This document shows, one piece after another, positions 1 to 9,542 of a stretch of 64,000 nucleotides of DNA. How positions within the stretch are numbered: the first letter of the stretch is position 1; every line of letters starts with the position of its first letter. The notes beneath the pieces are model-generated. The model worked only from the letters and a program-made list of their open reading frames with translations. It ran no database searches and was not told the origin of the DNA. Made by a program: the position numbers and the translations under genes. Origin of the DNA: Capsulimonadales bacterium (GTDB taxonomy: Bacteria > Armatimonadota > Armatimonadia > Armatimonadales > Armatimonadaceae); NCBI GenBank assembly GCA_033762295.1, contig JANRLW010000090.1, positions 1 through 64,000 of the forward strand, given 5' to 3'.

Positions 1-1354
1 CGTACCCGCCCATGGACAGACCGGCGATGGCGCGTCCTTCACGTTTCCGAAGGGTCCGGTATGCCTTGTCGATCGCCGGAACCAGCTCCTTCTCGAAATA
101 GTCGCCGTACTTGCCCTGTTTAGGGGAGTTGGTATACCAGCCGTACTTGCCGCCGTCGGGCATAACCACGATAAACGGACGTTTCGCGGCCAGGGCGGCG
201 ACACCGCTCCGGTCGTTCCAGTCCGTATACGCGCCGAGCATTCCGTGGAGGAGGTAGAGCACCGGATATTTCCGGTCGGAGGTCGCATACCCCTCGGGCA
301 GGACGACGTTGACCGGCACTTCACGTCCGAGCGCGTCGGACTTGATTCGGAGGGTGGTCACCTTCGCGCGGGCGGCGACCTTCTCCTCCTCGGTGACGAC
401 CGGCAGGAAGGGAGGCGGCTCGGAACCGCGTTCGGCAAACTCCGGCGCGTACGGAAACAGACGGTAGCTGGCGACGAAGTTTTCCTCGGTTCCGGGCTTG
501 CCGGCCTCCTCCCAGGCCTTTTGCAGAAACCCGGCAAGGCTGCGTCCGGCGGTTTCCAGCCGATCGATCGCGATCGGTCGGGCCTTCGGGGTGAACGCCG
601 ACCAGTAGGCATCGTTGTATTCGCCCCCGGTTCCGGACACGGCGGCCCGGTCGGCATCGAGAACGTCCTTCACCTTCTGCAGGGAGTCGTGCAGAACGTT
701 CAGCATAAAATCGTTCGTGTCCTCGACCTTTGCCGGACTGCCGACCTTCAGATCGCTTTCATTGATCGATTTTTCGAGCAGGACAATTTCAAAACGCGAA
801 TGAATCCCCTTCTGCGACGGCTCGGACAACTGGCCGTCGTAGTTGGCGGAGGCATGGAACGGCACGTGCGCATCGGAGATGTAGTGGGAAAGATAGGCCG
901 CGCGCAACATGGCCTCATCCATTCGCTTTTTACGCAAAGCGAGGACCAGAAGGTCATATTCGCGGGAGACGGTCCACGGGTTCACTCCGTCGGTTCGCAG
1001 TTGTTTGTAATCGCGGATTTTCAGAACCTCTTCGAAAGTTCGCGGAACTTTATTGAGGTCGGTTCCGAAACCGAAGTTCTCGCCGTCCAAAAAGTGGCGC
1101 GGACCTTCGGCGAAATCCTTACGGTTGCGCCATCGGTCGGGGTAGGACGAAGCGGTGGCGAACCATTCCCGGTTGCGGGTCAGGACGTTCTTCCACGGAC
1201 TCTCCGGCAGGCTGGCGATCGCCATTTTCGCGGCCAGGGAATGGCCTTTTCCGCCCCAGGCGGCGGCGCGCGTGGTCGGGAGCAGGGCGGCAAGCCCAAC
1301 CGCCACGGCGGCGACAACACGAAATTTCGACAACGGTTGGCAGGGTAAAGGCAT
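1..1354 (-). CDS. Secreted S1/P1 nuclease (Zn-phospholipase C-like) domain fused to an alpha/beta-hydrolase esterase; 3' end outside the window
   Basis: Manual translation from ATG 1354 stays open to the edge. Signal peptide then WGGKGH, HFLD, HYISDAHVPFH, NYDGQ, GIHSRFE; later YPVLYLLHG and AIAGLSMGGY. Not in the ORF track. Confidence 0.85.
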   Translation of the reverse strand, partial: MPLPCQPLSKFRVVAAVAVGLAALLPTTRAAAWGGKGHSLAAKMAIASLPESPWKNVLTRNREWFATASSYPDRWRNRKDFAEGPRHFLDGENFGFGTDLNKVPRTFEEVLKIRDYKQLRTDGVNPWTVSREYDLLVLALRKKRMDEAMLRAAYLSHYISDAHVPFHASANYDGQLSEPSQKGIHSRFEIVLLEKSINESDLKVGSPAKVEDTNDFMLNVLHDSLQKVKDVLDADRAAVSGTGGEYNDAYWSAFTPKARPIAIDRLETAGRSLAGFLQKAWEEAGKPGTEENFVASYRLFPYAPEFAERGSEPPPFLPVVTEEEKVAARAKVTTLRIKSDALGREVPVNVVLPEGYATSDRKYPVLYLLHGMLGAYTDWNDRSGVAALAAKRPFIVVMPDGGKYGWYTNSPKQGKYGDYFEKELVPAIDKAYRTLRKREGRAIAGLSMGGY

Positions 1355-1480
1355 AGGTATCCTGTTCGTTCGATTCGTTGGAAAACGTTCTCCGATACAA
1401 TGGCAGGAACGTGCCATCGGATGAATTCATAGTAACACAAAGGATGACCCATCGGAACCGTTCGACGGGCGCGAAGACGG

Positions 1481-1879
1481 TCAGGGGTCGTTTTCGCGCG
1501 GGAGAACGTGCAGGTACAACCGTCGTACATGCTCTTCCGGCGTGAAGACGTCGAGGTAATGCCACCCCCAGCGTTCGAACGGCACCTCGAACAGGGTCGG
1601 GTCCAGCGGGGCGACCGGGCGGGCATAGTCTTCGGGAATGGTGAACGAGATCGGCACTTCTTTGAGGACCTTCTGCGACGTGTCGGAGAGGCGCAGGAGG
1701 AAGGATTGCCGCCGTCCGCGATCGTCCGGGGCGATCTCCCATTCCATAAACAGGGTCAGCCGTTCGAGGAGCACCGGCAGGGCATCGAAGAAAAGGTCTT
1801 CGCGCAGTCCGACCAGGTCGACCGTTCCGGCGTCGGTGTCGCGAATCTCATCGACGACCAGCGCGTTAAGTAGTCGCAT
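1481..1879 (-). CDS. Hypothetical protein (DUF6941-like beta-rich)
   Basis: 132-aa ORF with normal composition, overlapping the upstream gene's end. Confidence 0.6.
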   Translation of the reverse strand: MRLLNALVVDEIRDTDAGTVDLVGLREDLFFDALPVLLERLTLFMEWEIAPDDRGRRQSFLLRLSDTSQKVLKEVPISFTIPEDYARPVAPLDPTLFEVPFERWGWHYLDVFTPEEHVRRLYLHVLPRENDP

Positions 1880-2111
1880 TTCCCGAGGACTCCCGGCGTT
1901 CGCGGGCCAGAATGCCGCGATATTGCTGGTAGAGTTTATGGCCGTTGTAGATGGCGGTGCCGAAATATCCGACGGCGAGGATCGGGAAAAGCCAGGCGAT
2001 CGGGCCGCCGACCTGAAACCCGAAGGCGATAATCCAGGCGAACGCGAACACGCCGAGCAGGTTCCGGACGGCGTAGAGAAGGAGCAGCGTCCGCGCGGTG
2101 CGGGAGTTCAT
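1866..2111 (-). CDS. Small membrane protein
   Basis: Two hydrophobic segments; ATG 2111 chosen as start. Confidence 0.55.
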   Translation of the reverse strand: MNSRTARTLLLLYAVRNLLGVFAFAWIIAFGFQVGGPIAWLFPILAVGYFGTAIYNGHKLYQQYRGILARERRESSGNATT

Positions 2112-2137
2112 CCGGGCGTTTCGAAGGCGAGGGGAGA

Positions 2138-2428
2138 TCACCGGCCGGCCTCCGCCACCCCGACCTGCACTCCGGATTCGGCCTGCGCGGCCCGGGCGGC
2201 GACCCGCTGGTCCCGAAGGTATCGCCAGAGTCGGATCGTCCAAATCTGCAGAGCGATCGCGAGAAGCGCCATCGCCGCCGCGCCCGGATAATCCTGCTTG
2301 ATCAGATAACTGAAGGAGATCACGTAGAGGATCAGGGTGCCGAAGAAGCGTCCGCCGAGTCGAAGCAGGTCGGCAGGATCGGTCAGCGGCTTCGGCTTTC
2401 GGGTAGTTTTCGGTTTTCGTTCCACCAT
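2138..2428 (-). CDS. Small membrane protein
   Basis: Two TM segments; AGGAG upstream of the ATG. Confidence 0.6.
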   Translation of the reverse strand: MVERKPKTTRKPKPLTDPADLLRLGGRFFGTLILYVISFSYLIKQDYPGAAAMALLAIALQIWTIRLWRYLRDQRVAARAAQAESGVQVGVAEAGR

Positions 2429-2452
2429 TTGCTCCTATTGTATCGCACGAGC

Positions 2453-2482
2453 GCCGCTCTCCCCGCTTGCGGGGAGAGCGGC
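2453..2482. terminator. GC-rich hairpin after the ankyrin gene (terminator or REP-like)
   Basis: GCCGCTCTCCCCGC-TT-GCGGGGAGAGCGGC; no clear U-tract. Confidence 0.5.
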
Positions 2483-2498
2483 ACGGAGGGGCATTTGC

Positions 2499-3725
2499 CT
2501 AAAGCAGCGCCATGACCGCCGGGTTGACCCAGCTCGGATCGTGGAATCGACGGCCCCATTCAAGCGGCGTAACGTTGCGGTAGAAATGCTCCGTCTCATC
2601 CTCCACGAAGCGCAGACGTTTCCTCAACGAGGCGAGGATCGAACGATCCGCGCCATGGTCGAGCAGGAGACGGGCGAAGGCGTCGTCCCGTCGACAGTTC
2701 GTTCGGTAGGACTGCGAGACGACACAGCCGAACAAAGCGGTATGGCCACCGAAGCCGTCCGCATCGATCTCCGCCCGGGCGTCGACCGCCGCCCCCCGGT
2801 TTAGCAGCCAGTGCGCCATCTCATACTCATCGAAATCGACCGCCAGATGCAACAGGGTCCCCCCGGCGATCGGAGTGCCGTGCAGGGCGAGGGAGTGGTC
2901 GGTATGACAGCCAAGGGACGGCGGATAGATCGCCTCATGCGGGAACGTGCGACCGAGCAGCTCCGGGTCGTTTTTCAAATGCCGTTCGAGCAGGTCGATC
3001 CGCCCCCGATGCAATGCCATGGGCGCGGTGTCCGGCAGGGCGAGACCGTGACTCGCCATCGCTTCCAGGCAATCGTGCTTTTCCGGCGGGTTCCGTGAAT
3101 AGGTTTCCAGCACCATCCCGACCGGGGCGAGAGGGTCGCCCTGATCGTCGCTGAGGTCCGCGCCGAGTTCGAGCAGAAAGCGCAATCCGACGCCGTTCAG
3201 CGCCTCACAGGGGCCCATCACCACGCCCTTTTGGATATGGGCGCCCGCCGATTGCAGGTAGCGCGCAATTTCGAGATGGCCCTTCATCGACGCGCGGTCG
3301 AAGGCGTACTGAACGTCCTGCGCACCGAGTTCGCGCAGAAGGCGCACCACCGCGAACTTTCCCGCCGTGGCGGCATGGGAGAGCGGAGGTCCCCAGTTCC
3401 CACGGACGCCGCGAGCGTCCTCGTCCCGGAGTCGCGGATGACGAAGGATCAACCGACGCACTGTCTCGACGTCCTCATTCCAAATGGCATCAATCAACTG
3501 ACAGGCGAGGGCGAGTCTTGGCCAGGAGGAAACGCCGTAACTGCGGGCGAGGGCGCGCTGTGCATCGGTAAGGCGGGCCTGATCGGGCGCGGGCGGTGCG
3601 GGGTGACTGGCTTGAAACTCGGCGAGGGCCTCGGGATCGCCGTTGCGAATCCCCTGAAGTAACTCTTTGGCCTGATGTTTCAACTGGTCCGCATTCGGGC
3701 GGACGGGTAGGTGGCGTAATGCCAT
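2499..3725 (-). CDS. Ankyrin-repeat protein with a conserved N-terminal helical domain
   Basis: PPLSHAA, TLLHLAV, GHTALF and TPLEWG repeats; N-terminal LPVRPNADQLKHQAKELL...DAQRALARSYGVSSW; AAGGAGG SD. Confidence 0.85.
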   Translation of the reverse strand: MALRHLPVRPNADQLKHQAKELLQGIRNGDPEALAEFQASHPAPPAPDQARLTDAQRALARSYGVSSWPRLALACQLIDAIWNEDVETVRRLILRHPRLRDEDARGVRGNWGPPLSHAATAGKFAVVRLLRELGAQDVQYAFDRASMKGHLEIARYLQSAGAHIQKGVVMGPCEALNGVGLRFLLELGADLSDDQGDPLAPVGMVLETYSRNPPEKHDCLEAMASHGLALPDTAPMALHRGRIDLLERHLKNDPELLGRTFPHEAIYPPSLGCHTDHSLALHGTPIAGGTLLHLAVDFDEYEMAHWLLNRGAAVDARAEIDADGFGGHTALFGCVVSQSYRTNCRRDDAFARLLLDHGADRSILASLRKRLRFVEDETEHFYRNVTPLEWGRRFHDPSWVNPAVMALL

Positions 3726-3728
3726 ATT

Positions 3729-3848
3729 CCGGAGCCTCCTTCGAGAGTCTGCCCGTTGTCCGCCGATTCGGGCGCAAAGGAGGTTCGGAAGAACCTGAGA
3801 TTGCGTGCGAACAGGGGACTCAGTCCTTTCCGCGGACGGGAGGCTTCC
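3729..3848 (-). ncRNA. Candidate structured cis-regulatory leader RNA
   Basis: At least five complementary segment pairs, including a pseudoknot and an SD-sequestering stem (see findings). Confidence 0.55.
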
Positions 3849-4005
3849 TGCAAAGCCAACTCCTCACTTACCACAGGCCCGTGAAAGCGGCAAGCCGTTT
3901 CTACCGATTTTCGCAAACCGAATACCGGCAGGGAAACGGGCAGGAGAGTTCGACGCCGTCCCCGAACGATGAAACGGACGCTACCGAAGAAGGAGTTAAC
4001 GAAAC

Positions 4006-5508
4006 ATGAGGTTATTACCCCCGAAAAATCATCCCCATTCCCGCTCCCACCATCATAGCCATAAGGCGGGCCATGCGGCCCATACGCAGGATGCCGTGGA
4101 GAAGGGGTTGCCCGGCATGATGCGCCGACCGATCAAGGTGACGATGATGGGCGCGGGCAGCGGCTTCACTCCGCGCCTGACCTCCGATATTATTTCCATT
4201 CCGGGTAACCGGGGCGGGACGATCGCTCTGGTCGATATCGACGAGAATCGACTGGAGACGATGCACCGCCTGATCGGCAAGGTCATCGCGCAGAAGGGAC
4301 TGGAGGACAAATGGTCGGTGATCGCGTCGACCGACCGTACGGAAGTGATGGGCGGGAGCGACTACCTGACCAACTGTATCGAGGTGTCGGGCCTGGGTTG
4401 CGTTCGTTTTGACAACGACATCCCGGCGAAATACGGCGTCGATCAGTGTATCGGCGATACGATCGGGCCGGGCGGTCTGTTCAAGTCGCTGCGGACCATC
4501 CCCGTCTGGATCGATGTCCTGAAGGACGCCGAACGTCTCGCCCCGAACGCGCTCGTACTCAACTACACCAACCCGATGAGCATGATGTGCCTGGCGGCGT
4601 TCCGGGCGACCTCGCTGCCGATCGTCGGACTCTGCCATTCGGTGCAGGGAACGAGCCATCTGCTCGCCGGCCGAGCGGGCGTTCCCTATGACGAAATGAT
4701 CTGGGAGTGCGCGGGAATCAACCATCTCGCCTGGTTTACGAAGCTCGAACACGACGGCAAGGACCTGTATCCGCTCCTCAAGGAAAAGGCGGCGGCGGAC
4801 CTGGAAAAGGCGTTCGCGGAAGGGCCGCCGTCCGATCCGGAGCGCAAGAACCAGCATAGCTGGGATCTGCCGGAACACCATCGCGATATCGTCCGCAAGG
4901 ACATGATGCTGCATTTCGGTGCGTTCATCACCGAATCGTCGGGCCATCTTTCCGAGTACCTGCCGTACTACCGTAAGCGAAACGACCTGCTGACCAAATA
5001 CGCCCGGCCGGGCTATGACGGCGGTTCGTCGTTCTACGCGGACAACTGGCCGAACTGGCGGAAGGGCGCGGACGAACATCGCGAGAAAATGGTGCGTGGC
5101 GAGGAACCGATCCGCTGGGAGCGAAGCTGGGAGTACGCATCGTGGATCATCGAGGCGCGGGAGAAGGACAAACCGTTCCGCATCCACGGCAACGTTCCCA
5201 ATACCGGCGGCCTGATTGAGAACCTGCCGCACGACGGAATCGTCGAGGTGGCGTGCATGATCGATCAGAACGGCATCAATCCGACGCGCTACGGCCGTCT
5301 GCCGGCGCAGATGGCGGGCATCTGCCAGATGAACATGGCGATGTACGAACTGGGCGCGCAGGCGGCACTGGAACGCAGTGTCGAAAAGGCGATCTACGCT
5401 CTGATGCTCGACCCGCTGACGGCGGCGGTCTGCTCGCCCGCCGAGATCAAAGCGATGTGTCTCGAAATGTTCGAAGCGGAAAAAGAGTTTCTGCCCGGCT
5501 ATAAATAG
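4006..5508 (+). CDS. melA: GH4 alpha-galactosidase / alpha-glucosidase
   Basis: GAGS NAD motif, GDTIGPGG, LNYTNPM, GLCHS, GINHLAW; AAGGAG SD. Confidence 0.9.
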   Translation: MRLLPPKNHPHSRSHHHSHKAGHAAHTQDAVEKGLPGMMRRPIKVTMMGAGSGFTPRLTSDIISIPGNRGGTIALVDIDENRLETMHRLIGKVIAQKGLEDKWSVIASTDRTEVMGGSDYLTNCIEVSGLGCVRFDNDIPAKYGVDQCIGDTIGPGGLFKSLRTIPVWIDVLKDAERLAPNALVLNYTNPMSMMCLAAFRATSLPIVGLCHSVQGTSHLLAGRAGVPYDEMIWECAGINHLAWFTKLEHDGKDLYPLLKEKAAADLEKAFAEGPPSDPERKNQHSWDLPEHHRDIVRKDMMLHFGAFITESSGHLSEYLPYYRKRNDLLTKYARPGYDGGSSFYADNWPNWRKGADEHREKMVRGEEPIRWERSWEYASWIIEAREKDKPFRIHGNVPNTGGLIENLPHDGIVEVACMIDQNGINPTRYGRLPAQMAGICQMNMAMYELGAQAALERSVEKAIYALMLDPLTAAVCSPAEIKAMCLEMFEAEKEFLPGYK

Positions 5509-5525
5509 GCGCACCGGCCGGCAAG

Positions 5526-5551
5526 ACGGCGCAGGAAAAATCCTGCGCCGT
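5526..5551 (+). terminator. Intrinsic terminator hairpin
   Basis: ACGGCGCAGGA-AAAA-TCCTGCGCCGT then TCTT. Confidence 0.65.
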
Positions 5552-5744
5552 TCTTCGTCGTTAGCGAACAGGCGAATTGCCGATCAGGGATAAACGGCCT
5601 GACGGAGGAGTGGTAGTCATAGCGATTGTGCAGGATCGCGGAAGGAACCGCCGTCGCGCTCCGAATCGGTAACGTATTGTTTCCGGTTTCACTACGGGAA
5701 CGAAAGTGCGTTTCATACCGCCTACAAAAGGAAGTCTACATACC

Positions 5745-6146
5745 ATGTCTCAAACCGTGTTCCGTGATTGCACGATGCCCGATGCCCGATTCGAAAACGC
5801 CTGCCTAACCAACGGCGCGTTTCAAAACGTGAATCTCGCCGGAACCGCCTTCGAAAATGTCAACATGAGCGAGGTCACGATCCGGGATGCCAATCTTTCC
5901 AATATGACGATTGTGGCAGCGCAGATCGGCGGCGCTCATTTCAAGGACATCGGTCTGCCTCCCGGTTCGAACGAGAAGCAAAAACCGGCTCTGTTTGAGG
6001 AAGTGGAACTGACCGGCACCCGCTTTGTCCAATGTGACCTCTCCGGCGTTTCGATCGAGGATTGCATTGTCGATGGCATGATGATTCAGGGCATCCCCGT
6101 CTCCGAGCTTCTTGCCGCCTACGCGAAGAGGGTACCGGAAGAATGA
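5745..6146 (+). CDS. Pentapeptide-repeat protein
   Basis: ARFEN/ACLTN/GAFQN/VNLAG/TAFEN repeats; C-terminal GIPVSELLAAY. Confidence 0.85.
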   Translation: MSQTVFRDCTMPDARFENACLTNGAFQNVNLAGTAFENVNMSEVTIRDANLSNMTIVAAQIGGAHFKDIGLPPGSNEKQKPALFEEVELTGTRFVQCDLSGVSIEDCIVDGMMIQGIPVSELLAAYAKRVPEE

Positions 6147-6811
6147 AAGTGGATATTCCGGAGTCGTGGAAGGCGGCGCTGGCGGAGGAACTGGAGAAAC
6201 CCTACTTCACCGCACTCTCGTCGTTTGTGGACGGTGAACGGGCGCAACATCAGGTATTCCCCCCCGAGGAGGATGTCTTCAACGCGCTCAAGCTGACGCC
6301 GTATGAGCAGGTCGAGGTGCTGATTGTCGGTCAGGACCCCTATCACGACGACGGTCAGGCGCACGGTCTGGCCTTTTCCGTTCGACCGGGCGTTCGCATA
6401 CCGCCGTCCCTTGTCAACATGTACAAGGAGTTGCGCGACGATCTGGAACTGCCGATCCCGAAGACCGGGTACCTGGAACCGTGGGCGAAACAGGGCGTCC
6501 TGCTCCTGAACACCGTTCTCACCGTTCGCGCCCATGAACCGGCGTCGCACAAGGGCAAGGGATGGGAGACATTCACCGATGCCGTCATCCGAGCGGTCAG
6601 TGCGAAGGCGACGCCCGTCGTCTTCGTCCTCTGGGGCGGTCATGCACAAAAAAAGCTTCCGCTGATCGACACGAACCGTCACACGGTGATTCAGTCGGCG
6701 CATCCCTCACCGCTGTCGGCGAAAAACGGGTTCTTCGGCTCAAAACCGTTCTCCGGAATCAACGCCGCACTGACCGCGAACGGGCAAAAGCCGATCGACT
6801 GGCAGCTATGA
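6143..6811 (+). CDS. ung: Uracil-DNA glycosylase family 1
   Basis: GQDPYH, GVLLLN and HPSPLS motifs; ATGA overlap with the previous gene. Confidence 0.95.
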   Translation: MKVDIPESWKAALAEELEKPYFTALSSFVDGERAQHQVFPPEEDVFNALKLTPYEQVEVLIVGQDPYHDDGQAHGLAFSVRPGVRIPPSLVNMYKELRDDLELPIPKTGYLEPWAKQGVLLLNTVLTVRAHEPASHKGKGWETFTDAVIRAVSAKATPVVFVLWGGHAQKKLPLIDTNRHTVIQSAHPSPLSAKNGFFGSKPFSGINAALTANGQKPIDWQL

Positions 6812-6827
6812 GCGAGAAAACGGGCGG

Positions 6828-7787
6828 CTATTCGTCGCCCGTTTTCTTTTCGAATTCAATCCACGGGGGCTGTTTGACGAAACCCATCGCCTCGTTGATG
6901 GAGAGCATCGCCCGGTTGCTCTGGGCGTTCCACGTCTTCAGTTCGACCGCTCCCCGCTCTCGGGCGAAGGCGGTGGCGTAGACCTTGAGCGCCATCGCGA
7001 TTCCGCGCCGACGATACTCCCTCAAAACACCCGTCGAGCCGACGAACAGATCATTGGTCAATTGCGAGTTCCAGATGGCCGATTCTCCGATGAAACGATC
7101 CCCGTCCAGTGCGATGAACCACCCCTCGGGCAGGAAATCCGGGTCGTCGAGCGTCCGTTTTCGCCAGGATTCGAAGGTCGGTTTCGTCCGGACATCCGTC
7201 GCCGGCATATCGAGGGAGATCGCCCAGTCCATCTCGAACATCTTTCGCTCCCAGTCCGGCTGCGACCTCAATTCGGAAAGCGGGCGGATGACGATTCCCT
7301 GGGCGGTGACCCGGGCGATGGCGTCGGTATATGCCTCGGGATCGAAGTCCGCGAGACGAAGGCGCGATTCCCAGTTGCGCATCGCTTCGACGAAGCCGCG
7401 TCGCTGCAGGAACTCCGGGCCGTACATGCGACCCTCCTGGGCGAACGCCCGAATCAGAATCGGGTCGAACGGGCGAAGCTGCTCCGTCAGGTGGTCGTAC
7501 AGCGCGCTGCCGATCCCCTGTCGCTGCCGTTCGGGGAGAACGATCACGTCGATGTCGAATTTTCGCGGGTGGTACATGCTCTCCCGCTGAGTATAGGAGG
7601 CCATTCCGACCGGAACGCCGTCGATTTCGGCAAGGAAGTGATTCCAGCGAGTATGGGCCGGACGGGCGGAGTCCCGATGGCGCAGCGATTCGGGTATGTC
7701 GGCAAATTCTGGGAAGCAGGCGTTGCCGATAGCGGCGAGGGCAGGATAGTCGTCCGATGCGAACGGTCGTATGTTGATAGCGGGCAA
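6828..7787 (-). CDS. Tandem GNAT acetyltransferase
   Basis: QRQGIG and RRRGIA acetyl-CoA motifs, NRAMLSINEAMGF; probable TTG start after AAGGAG. Confidence 0.85.
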   Translation of the reverse strand: MPAINIRPFASDDYPALAAIGNACFPEFADIPESLRHRDSARPAHTRWNHFLAEIDGVPVGMASYTQRESMYHPRKFDIDVIVLPERQRQGIGSALYDHLTEQLRPFDPILIRAFAQEGRMYGPEFLQRRGFVEAMRNWESRLRLADFDPEAYTDAIARVTAQGIVIRPLSELRSQPDWERKMFEMDWAISLDMPATDVRTKPTFESWRKRTLDDPDFLPEGWFIALDGDRFIGESAIWNSQLTNDLFVGSTGVLREYRRRGIAMALKVYATAFARERGAVELKTWNAQSNRAMLSINEAMGFVKQPPWIEFEKKTGDE

Positions 7788-7944
7788 AATGTCGCGCTCC
7801 TTTCGTCCTCGATGGTCCGAGTCCTTATCTCCCCGGACCCTGCGTCCGTTAAACGTCAAAGATCCCCTCCGGGTTTCTTGACGGACGCTTGTCGGGTCGG
7901 CTATCCTGAAATCGGCGATTTTCACGGTCAAGGAGCGACGAAAA

Positions 7945-9408
7945 ATGGCACAGCGGTATCTGGCGCTGGATCTCGGGGCGGAGAGCGGACGCGGGGTCGT
8001 CGGGGAGTTCGACGGGGCCACGGTGACACTTCAGGAGGTGCATCGGTTTCCGAACGCGCCGGTGCGGATGAGCGACACCCTCTACTGGAATCTTCCGAGC
8101 CTGATGACGGAGGTGCGAACCGCGATCGGAAAGGCGTCCGAGGGCGGAGCGATCGCGTCCCTTGGCGTCGATACCTGGGGGGTCGATTTCGGTCTGCTGG
8201 ATCGCGGCGGACGACTGGTCGGACTGCCGGTGCATTACCGGGACGCCCGCTGTAACGGAATGGTCGAGAAGGTGTACGAAAAGGTGCCTCGTTCGGAGGT
8301 CTTCGCCTCCAGTGGCATCCAGACCATGCAGATCAATACGCTTTTCCAGCTGGCGGCGCTGGCCGAACAGTCGCCGCGCCTGCTGGACGCCGCCGATACG
8401 CTGCTGTTCATGCCCGACCTACTTCACTTTTACCTGACCGGCACCGTGCAGGCGGAGTATACGATCGCCTCGACATCGCAGATGTTCGATTCGGTGAGAA
8501 ACGCCTGGGCCGTGTCCCTGCTGGAAAAGGCCGGCATTCCGACCCATTTCCTGCCGACGGTCGTTTCGGACGGAACCTCTTACGGCACGCTGACGGCGAC
8601 GGAAGCGGCGGCGACCGGTGCGGGTCCGGTTCCGGTGGTCGCGCCGGGCGGTCATGACACGGCCTGCGCGGTGGCGGCGGTCCCGGCCGAAGGCGAGGAT
8701 TGGGCCTATCTGTCGTCCGGAACCTGGTCGCTGCTCGGGGTGGAGATTCCCGCGCCGATCCTGAACCCCGAATCCGAAGCGGCCAACATCACGAACGAAG
8801 GCGGGGTGCGCGGGACCATCCGGCTGCTGAAGAATATCGGCGGGTTGTGGCTGGTGCAGGAGTGCCGCCGCGCCTATGCCCGCCTCGGGACGGATCGCAC
8901 TTACGAACAGTTGACACGTCTGGCGGCCGAGGCGGAACCGCTGGCGGCGATCATCGACCCGGATCATCCCTCGTTGCTCGCGCCGTCCGATATGCCGAAG
9001 GCGATTCGCGAACTTTGCATGGCGACCGGGCAGACGCCCCCGGAAGGGATCGGGGCGACGATCCGTTGCTGTCTCGACTCGCTGGGCTGGAAGTATCGGG
9101 TCGTCCTGCGGACACTCGGACAACTGACCGGCCGACCGATCCGAACCCTTCATATCGTCGGCGGTGGCTCACAGAACTACCTCCTCAACCAGATCGCGGC
9201 GGACGCCACCGGGTGCGTCGTTCTGGCGGGTCCGACCGAGGCGACCGCGACCGGCAATATTTTGCTGCAGGCGATGGCCGCCGGCCGGATCGCAAACCTG
9301 GCGGAACTGCGGGCGGTCGTACGCGCCTCCTCCCGGATCACCCGGTTCGAACCGGACCCGGCCATGGTCGAACGCTGGGCGGAGGCGACGGACCGGTTCT
9401 CGGCCTGA
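7945..9408 (+). CDS. rhaB: Rhamnulokinase (FGGY family)
   Basis: DLGAESGR, DTWGVDF, HDTACA, SSGTWSL, VGGGSQN. Confidence 0.9.
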   Translation: MAQRYLALDLGAESGRGVVGEFDGATVTLQEVHRFPNAPVRMSDTLYWNLPSLMTEVRTAIGKASEGGAIASLGVDTWGVDFGLLDRGGRLVGLPVHYRDARCNGMVEKVYEKVPRSEVFASSGIQTMQINTLFQLAALAEQSPRLLDAADTLLFMPDLLHFYLTGTVQAEYTIASTSQMFDSVRNAWAVSLLEKAGIPTHFLPTVVSDGTSYGTLTATEAAATGAGPVPVVAPGGHDTACAVAAVPAEGEDWAYLSSGTWSLLGVEIPAPILNPESEAANITNEGGVRGTIRLLKNIGGLWLVQECRRAYARLGTDRTYEQLTRLAAEAEPLAAIIDPDHPSLLAPSDMPKAIRELCMATGQTPPEGIGATIRCCLDSLGWKYRVVLRTLGQLTGRPIRTLHIVGGGSQNYLLNQIAADATGCVVLAGPTEATATGNILLQAMAAGRIANLAELRAVVRASSRITRFEPDPAMVERWAEATDRFSA

Positions 9409-9542
9409 CCGTTTGCTCCTGTGAGAAAATCGGCAAACTTTTCCGAAACCGTTTGGCTTGTACGTTTGTCATTAAAGGTGTATAAAGTAATTGCATCTTC
9501 GCCGAAAATCTCTGCAGGAGACCCGGCAAGGGAGGCATCCCG

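Noticed and set aside
245..1348. 367-aa plus-strand ORF
   Set aside because: Antisense shadow of the motif-bearing minus-strand nuclease-esterase gene
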